Positions 55,757-64,000 of a stretch of DNA of 64,000 nt are shown here, in pieces. This DNA is from Eledone cirrhosa. Taxonomy: Eukaryota. Where the stretch lies: assembly GCA_964016885.1 (NCBI GenBank), contig OZ024740.1, positions 226,362,001 through 226,426,000 of the forward strand, read 5' to 3'. The notes beneath the pieces are model-generated. The model saw only the letters and a program-made list of their open reading frames with translations. It did no database searches and was not told where the DNA came from. The translations under genes were made by a program, and so were the position numbers. Numbering within the stretch: the first letter of the stretch is position 1; each line of letters starts with the position of its first letter.

Positions 55757-56371
55757 ATCATCATCACCGTTTTACGTCCGTTCTTCCACGCTAGCATGGG
55801 TTAGACGGGTTGTCCTGTTGTGGGCAGTGTCTGGTCGGCTGACCATGCCTTGCTCATACAGGAACTGATTTGGCTTGGTTTCTACAGCTGGATGCCCTTC
55901 CTAACACCAACCTCGTTTACAGTGAGTGCTGGGTACTTTTTTCCGTGGCGCCTACACGTCCACTTTACAGTGTGGGCTGGGTGCTTTTTTGCCGTGGCAC
56001 CTCCACGACCACCTTGCAGTGGGGGCATATTGTCTATATGCTTCAGCTTGTACCCATGGGAGGTCGGGTACTCTGTATTACTGCGTGACGCCAGAAGTCA
56101 CGGTCGTGTGTCATCACCTTTGAGAGGTGTAATTGGGTAAGGTCGGCTTTTATCACCTCATCCCAGGTAATCTTGGGTCTCCCCACTCCGCGGTTTCCAT
56201 CAACTTCTAGTGCTCTGTACCTTTTTATGCAGCTATCATCCTTCATACGCATCACATGTCCATACCAGCGCAACCGCCTCTCCTGCACACAGCATTTGAT
56301 TCCTCTTATGCTCAGTCTCTCTCTCAATTCATTTATGCTTTGTCGTTCACGTATATTATTGTTACACATCC
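55757..56371 (-). mobile_element. RTE subfamily 2 3' fragment
   Basis: ORF 56043-56369 RRLRWYGHVMR...GRPKITW. Confidence 0.88.
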
Positions 56372-56407
<36 letters not shown>

Positions 56408-56419
56408 ATGTGTATGTAT

Positions 56420-57025
56420 GTCAGGTCACCAGTTGGTGCTACTGGTAACATGTATCCCAGTACAACCTGTCCCATGGTTGGGTTGTTGGCAACTAAACTG
56501 GCAACCCCACCATGGTTTCTTGGTGAGGAGGGTGAATTTGGACATCTGCAGGACTAAAAACAAAACCTGTCAAAGGGCAAAGGAGCACTTAAGATTTAAT
56601 GGCCATCCAAAATCACTGGGAGAGATGAACCCTTAGCCTTTGTCAAGGCAGAATTCTAGGAGAAGGAAAACTCTGATATAACACCTGCAACCCTGATGGT
56701 ATCCAATGATGTTGACTTGTTCTTTTTTTTGGTAAACATCATCTTGGTTAAGAGAGTGGGACTGGCTTTGTGCAGTGCCTTTGCTCACTATAAAAGCTTA
56801 ACAGCACAGGCATTGCTTTATATCTGGAGATCTCTCTGCACTTGTCGTCACATGGTACCATGGGCCCAGCACTATGTGTCAATAATTGTCACAAGTGTAG
56901 TGTTTGTACCAGAGTTTTCAAGTCGCTGGCTGGACTAAAATGTCACACTCGTTCAGCGCATCGGTAGGGGTTCTCCTACATGGATGTAAAGTAGTGGCCG
57001 TACTCGAAAACGAGTTGGCAGCCAC
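56420..57025 (+). mobile_element. Bipartite non-autonomous RTE derivative (5' UTR + 3' end)
   Basis: RTE 5'-UTR-like ctaggagaaggaaaactctga joined to the C2H2-encoding 3' end. Confidence 0.5.
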
Positions 57026-57095
57026 CATATATATATATACTCCATATATATATACTCTTTTACCTGTTCCAGCCATCCGGCTGACGCCATATATC

Positions 57096-57139
<44 letters not shown>

Positions 57140-57184
57140 CATACTTACATATATGCACACACGTGTATAAGTATAAGAGAATGA

Positions 57185-58365
57185 AAGTGTCTCAAAGTCA
57201 ACCTGACAAAGACTAAGGTCCACATAAGTAGATGAGAAAATAGAACCCAGATCCCCTCAGGGAAATGACCTTGCTCAGTATGTAGGAAAGGTATAGGTAG
57301 GAACTCCATCCTCTGCTCCAAATGCAAACTATGGTACACAAGAGATGTTGTGGGATCTCAGGAAGCTTAGCTAAGAATGTAGGCTTTACATGTAGCAGCT
57401 ACACTGGGACAGCAAGCAGCAAACAGCCACAGGAAACAAGAACCACCAAACTCTGGGAGGGCTCTGTAGAAACAGTAGACAGCTTTGCTACCTAGGTGAC
57501 AAAATTAGCAGCAAAGGTGGGTGTTCGGAAGTTACAGTAACCTGGACAGTAACCAGGGTAAGAACAGGATGGAAGAAGTTCAGGGAGCTACTACCACTGC
57601 TAGCTGCAAAAGGCTTTTCCTTCAAAATGAAAGGCAGACTGTATGATGCATGCATACGAACAGCAATGTTACATGGTAGTGAGTTCTGGGTGCTGTGTGT
57701 AGAAGACTTGCATAGATTAGAAAGAAATGAAGTTTGCATGCTCCGATGGATGTGTAATATACGTAAACGGCAAAGCATAAATGTATTGAGAGAGAGACTG
57801 AGCATAAGAGGAATCAAATGATGTGTGCAGTTAAGAGGTTACATTGGTATGGACATGTGATGTGTATGAAAGATGACAGCTGCATAAAAAGGTGCAGAAC
57901 ACAAGAAGTCAATGGAAGCCTTGGAGTAGGGAGACCCAAGAAGACCTGGGATGAGGTGATAAAAGCTGACCTTGCCCAATTGCACCTCTCATCAGGACCG
58001 TGACCTCTGGCGTCACGCAGTAATACAGAAGACCCGACTTCCCATGGGTACAAGCTGAAGCTGAAGCATATAGACAATATGCCTCCACCCCCTCCCACTG
58101 CAAAGTGGTTGTGGAAGTGTCAAGACAAAAATGAACCCAGCCCACACTGTAAAGTGGTCGTATAGGCGCCACAGAAAAAAAAGCACCCAGCACTCACTGT
58201 AAATGAGGTTGGTGTTTGGAAGGGTATCCAGCTGTAGAAATCAAGCCAAAATCAGTTCCTGTATGAGCAAGACAATGTCACCCAACCTGGCACTGCCCAC
58301 AACAGGACAACCAGTCTATCCCATGCTAGCATGGAAGAATGGACGTAAAATGGTGATGATGATGA
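57185..58365 (+). mobile_element. RTE subfamily 2 fragment, degenerate
   Basis: Homologous to 17935-19098. Confidence 0.88.
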
Positions 58366-58765
58366 TACATATATATATGTATGTATATCAGGTCGCTCTT
58401 GAGTGCTACTAGTAACCTGTAACCCTCTACAACCTGTCTGATGGTCAGGTTTGGACCATGTAAAAAGGTTATAACAAGAAGATAGAAATGTGTAAAAACA
58501 AATCAAAAAAATTCAAACAACAAAAATTCCCCAATAGGGAGGAAACCTCCGATGGTAACTCGTGGCAAAAACCACACAAAATACCACTGTGACCACCAGG
58601 GCAAGCGCCCTCTCTCAATTCTCCCACTCCTCAGTCTACAGGTGCATACTCAGAACGGGCCCGTGCACTCAGACCACACTTGCCATTTTCACCCACTGTT
58701 CAACAAACTTGCTAGAAGACAGCACTTGCCTCTCCACCCTGATTTTCCTCTTCAAGTGAAATTTG

Positions 58766-59260
58766 AGGCACAAGGCCAGCAATTTGAAGGGGTGGGGAAA
58801 GTTGATTAGTTCGACCCCAATGCATTACTGGTACTTTTCTTTATCGAACCCATAAGGATGTGGGATTTGAACTCTACTGATACTGCCAATCCAATAATAA
58901 TAATAATAATAATAATTGTTTTTACTTTTGGCACAAGGCCAGCAATTATCCCTGTGCATTACTGGTGCCTCTATTTTATGGACCCTGTAAGGATCAAAGG
59001 TAAAGCTAACTTAGGTGGGATTTGAACTCAGAACATAAAGGGCCATAACTCTATGCTGCAAAGCATGTTGTCTGACACTTGGGGAGAGAAAACTCAATTA
59101 TATCAAACCCAGTACTTGACTAGTACTCTACTTCAGTTGCTCTGGAAGGGTGCAAAACAAAGTTGACCTTGCCAGGATTTGAACTCAGAACACTAAGTAC
59201 TGAGACAAAAGCCATTAAAGCATTTTGTCCAACACCTAAATGATTCTACCAATCTACTAA
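58766..59260 (-). mobile_element. Cluster of three SINE family 2 relics
   Basis: Repeated ggcacaaggccagcaatt / ggatttgaactc. Confidence 0.65.
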
Positions 59261-59344
59261 TAATCATCATCTTCCTTACCTTTTTCCCATCTCTGACTAT
59301 ATCATCAAACCTGTTAAACAAATCAACTACTGTGTATAGATGCT

Positions 59345-59665
59345 ATTGATAAACTATAAATCATCTCTATATGGATGACATGAAGATATTTACGAAGGAT
59401 CATATTTAGTGTGGAAATATTACTAAACAGTGTTCATAAATTCAGCCAACAGCTAAAAATAAATATTGGATGAGATGAAAGTAGCAAAGCTAGTGTAAGA
59501 AGAAGCAAATTAACTAGAACTGAGAATATTAAATTAGGCATAGTTATCAAAGTCAGAAAATTAAACATGAACCCACCAGATAAATATTTAGGTGTAGATG
59601 AAACTGACAAAATACAACCAGCAGAAATTAAGGAGAAACTTTGTAAAACATTATACTTGCCACTC
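59345..59665 (+). mobile_element. R4/Dong-like non-LTR RT fragment
   Basis: INHL.YMDDMKIFTK...LLNSVHKFS...IG*D...KYLGVDETDKI...IKEKL. Confidence 0.55.
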
Positions 59666-61319
59666 TCAAAGCAATACCAACATACTAACAAAAACAAACA
59701 TTTAAGGTCATTTACCTTGCTAGAACAGGTGTTTGTCTTGCAGGCTCACTTACAAACTTCATTTGCCCTTTCTTCTGCATCCCTTCTCATCATATATATT
59801 TGTCTTGGACTCTTCCTTCCTCTATATCCTTCCACATTTATTTACATCACTTCTCCTACCCAATCACTTTTATCCTTCCTCAACACATGATACAGTCAAA
59901 TCATTTTATTTCTCTACACAACATTTATCAGTGGTTCTATTTCCATCATTCTCTGCAATTATTTATTTGTCTCCCCCTCTCTGAGTGATATTTCACTCGT
60001 GCACCAAACCATTCTTATTTCCAATCAATTTTATTTAGCCTTTAGAAAATTTACCTGAGGATAACACCTTGCTTTTCACTCTCAACTTGTACATGAAAAG
60101 GTTGATGAAGAATTCATGTTGGCTCTTTTAATCTTTTCCACTTCCCTCCCTCTTTCACCATAGTCACCAGACAATGAAATACTGCCAATTCTTCCTGGCA
60201 AATGGAAGGTGGCAGACTGATCTTTATAATGGCCCCAGCTGATAACTAAGTTTGTTGTACACTTGACAACAGCTATTCAACATAATTCGATGAGTCAGTA
60301 ACACTTGCACACTGAGCATGTGTCTATGTGCAGAAAGGCTTCATCATTCAACATCTTTCTTAGGTGCAACAGATTACATTTCAGTTCTCATAGTTCATAG
60401 GTGTCAAATACTAGACGAATGAAACATTTGCTACTTCAGTCATATTTTGTGCTTTATGAAGCATTACTTTAAAAAATGGAAAAAATTAAATTTTTTAAAA
60501 TCTTATCAATTTTTGATTTTCTCAATTTTTTTCCACATTAGACAAATCTAAGATTAAGCTATATACTTATTAACAAATACACCAATGAAAAGGATGAAAA
60601 GAGTGAAGCAGTCACAAAATATTTTGTGTTAAATTATACTACAGCATTTGTAACCTTAGAAAAATATAAAAGTATTTAACCCTTTAGTATTACTCTATAT
60701 ATACTATTGTATTTTTGTGGTAAAGGCTTTATATCACATAATTCTATGAGATTTTGATGTTATTTATTTTGAGAACAATACCTTCACATTTAGAATGACT
60801 GGCCAGTCATGACCGGTTTCAAAGAAAGAGGTGAGTGAATTCTGGCCAGATAGGGCCTGTTTAAATGCTAGATGGTTAAGGCAAATAGTTTAAAAGTTAT
60901 TAGCAGCAACACATGTTCAAGATAAAAGAAATGACAGAAAATATGAATTATTAACTAAAGAAAAGGTATATGAAACGAAATACTTGTATCTCAAAGAATG
61001 TAAAAATATCTAAAACCAGTCTTGAACCCAGAGGACATCAAGCCAGTGCTTATCTTAGCTGGATCAATTGAAGATGATCGCTTCTGACAGGATCCACTGG
61101 AAGAAGTGTTTAGTACTCTTTCCCATGACACTCAGTGTATGAAGAAGGAGGAGGAAAAGAAGAACAATGAAAGGAACAGCAAGATGGGATGATATCTTCA
61201 TGAGTTTGGTTGGAATATTTGATATTGTTATCTAGACACAGACTGTGCATCTCAGTTGAGTGCACTGCAAATGATTGGTAAAAAAGCTGGTGTGGAAACA
61301 AGACTATGAGCAGTAAACT

Positions 61320-61800
61320 CAAACCATGAATTTTATAATGTTCATTACATCAAACATAGAGAAGTATTGAGCAGTAAAATATTAAAGATAGACAATGTTA
61401 TAGATATTATTATAAAGACATTGAGCTTCACAGCTGCTGAAGGTTTGAACCACTGACAGATCCATTGCTTTTTTTAAGGAAAGTGATAACAAATATGAAC
61501 TGGCATTTCACACTGATGTTTGCTAGTTAAATCAGGGAGCTATATGGAAGGGATTTTATGAATTGCAATGTAAAATAAAAATATTATGCAGAAACCAAAA
61601 GATTATGAATTTGATCATTGCATGTAGATTTTTGCAAAACATTCAAATTATTTAAATATAAAGGTGCAAGGACATAAATTGGCAATGGATATATATGGCT
61701 CTAGTCATGCCTTTGAGATGAATTTTAACAATATTAACATCAATTGACAGATGGTAATATTATACACTTTCTGACCTTAAAATCCCTGATACAGGTTGTT
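61320..61800 (+). mobile_element. hAT (SPIN/Charlie/GTF2IRD2-like) transposase remnant
   Basis: VHYIKHREVLSSKILKIDNV...GLNH*QI...LAFHTDVC*LNQG matches HCIIHQE...GLNHRQF...YHTEVRWLSRG. Confidence 0.7.
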
Positions 61801-62594
61801 ATCATATGACCTTAAAATCTCTGCCAGGCACTTGTATTTCATGCTGGTACCATCTGACCTTAAAATCCCTACCAGACACATCTACAGATATCTACACAGA
61901 ACAACAGGTATTAATATTATACACTTTCCAACTTTAAAATCCCTGTCAGACACATGTATTTCCTGCTGATATCAATACAGAAAAGTATTTCAAGATTTCA
62001 AGTTTAATGAGTTTGAAAAAAAAATTTGCCATCTTTAATTAACAGACTCAATCAAAATAAATCAATATGACTCTCTTCTACTACTGCCACCTACACTCTC
62101 TCTCTCACTCTCTCTCATCTCTCTGTCACCCATCACTCCAATTCTCTCATACTCTTCCATCATACCCTCATACTCTTCCCCCAATCACCCTGGCTTCGCT
62201 TCTGTCATTACCTTTTCTTCAATCCACTCTCTGGGTCAGGTTGCCTTAATTGAATGGAGACAATGTATAGTAATGAATAGGTTCCAAAGCAAACTCACTA
62301 ATGTTAGTGCCATGATAAAATACATACAATACATTCTTAAAGCGGTAACAATTAAACCAAAATATTGTAAGTTTTAAAAGACCCTTTAATCATGTTGAAG
62401 GCATAAGAAACTCTCTATTGTTTGTGCCATTTACATTCTGTAAATTATTTAGTGCTTGGAAGAGCATCCAACTTTAGAAATCATGCCAAAAATGGAACTT
62501 AACAGTGAGACCAATTCTCCAGCCATGACAACCTTTGCAACACATGGAAGCATGGAAAGTTGAAGTAAAATAATCTAAAGTCTAAAATCTGTCT

Positions 62595-62875
62595 CAAGCC
62601 AGAAGGCTCATTAGGCCAGTGCTTATCCTGGATTCATGGCATCTAGCAACTGAGAGTACAAGACTCCCCCCGGATAGGATGTCAGTCCATTGTCGTGTTA
62701 AACCCCAGCTGTAGTTGCTAGTTTTCATTTTCAGCTAACTATATGTGAAGCAATATATGGAGCAATGTGAAATGAAGTGTTTTGCTCAAGAACACAACAC
62801 ACAACCCAGCCAGGAATCAAACCCACAACATTATGATCATAAGTCCCACATCCTAACCACTAGGCCACATGCCTA
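62595..62875 (-). mobile_element. Old tRNA/CORE SINE
   Basis: tggcctagtggttagg...ggtttgattcc...ttcttgagcaaaacac. Confidence 0.6.
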
Positions 62876-64000
62876 CACAAAGCAGGTACAAGCATTACCA
62901 TATATTGAAGTTAATTAATTTACTTTTAATTCCATCATATTTTCAAAGAGAAGAACATGTAATAAAATACATTTTATGGTAGAGGAAAAGTAGAAAATCT
63001 TGTTCTTTCTTGTTGAAGTGAATGGAAAACCAGATTTTTGACATGTAGCTGTGACAGAAGAATATTACATTTGAAGACATTATATAACCACCTGCTTCAA
63101 AATATGTTGAATAAAGTGGAAATTTCAGTGAAGTCAAATTTAAAGGGTTGGCAAAGTAATTTAAAAACCAGCAGCCAGTTTTTAAATATGTTCATCAAAT
63201 TGGTAATGTGACAGTTAAGGCCAAGTTACGAAATAACTGCACCATTGAAGTTGTTATCAAAAAGGAAATTCATAAAGAAATATATGTTACTGTCCATGGA
63301 AGATATTTGCCCTCCACTCTCTACCCAAAACATAGCTATGCTACTGATATTGTATTTAGGCATTGGACATATTCTATATGAAAAATGTTTGATAAATTGT
63401 GAATTTCAATACTACATATATTTCACACATGGCTTTGAAAATTTACATTTATCACAATGTCAATTTACAACTGAAATATGTGTGAAATATGTGTGAAAAC
63501 AGTATATTGGAGGAAGGCTCTGAACTGATGTGTGTGGAAAAGTGTACAACTTAAACAGAAGAGTGAATTTTTTGCCCTTTATGTTTGTGAAATAACTGTA
63601 AAAATGTTCTCAAGAGAAATATTACATGCATGATTCATAAAAATACATCGTAACACATATACCTTGAGGAGAAAAACACTCACACAAAAAAATGTCTTTC
63701 TTGTTTCAAACAAATTAATCGCTGTTAGGTGGTAATGTTTTAAAACATAAAAGACATTACAAAATTTAAAAGTCAAAATATGGTAAATGCATATATCAAA
63801 CAATTATATAAAAAATAAACTAAAAAATGGAAATAAAAACAAAATTACTGAGAGCGTAAATAGTGAAACTAGAAACAACAGAAAAAATTAGAAAAAAAAT
63901 AACAAATACAATAAGAACAGTGAATTACACTGAAAAAAAAACCCTAAACAGCAGTAACTGTAATATTGACAAGAAACTACATTACAATGGAATAGAGAAA

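Overview
AT-rich, microsatellite-saturated animal DNA. The repeat complement suggests an octopus/coleoid cephalopod (inference), and I can see no host protein-coding exon. The window is a nest of transposons, mostly inserted in (TA)n tracts: RTE LINEs (one near full length, carrying a PHD-like finger), two kinds of Penelope-like elements (PLEs; RT + GIY-YIG), tRNA-derived SINEs, mariner and hAT remnants, and decayed CR1-like, R4-like and CRE-like fragments. The main signal that the ORF track misses is a dense set of type I hammerhead ribozyme (HHR) motifs from about seven unrelated sequence families, several supported by compensatory base changes between copies. They include (i) a non-coding ~535-bp tandem retrozyme-like unit whose HHR has an unusually large loop II, (ii) a U3:A8 core-variant HHR closed by a long stem I, and (iii) HHR-bearing PLE terminal repeats built largely of microsatellite-like sequence. 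Many of these elements have fold-back (inverted) 5' ends that often break inside the ribozyme. All structures were folded by eye, family names are from recall of motifs, and element boundaries are approximate.
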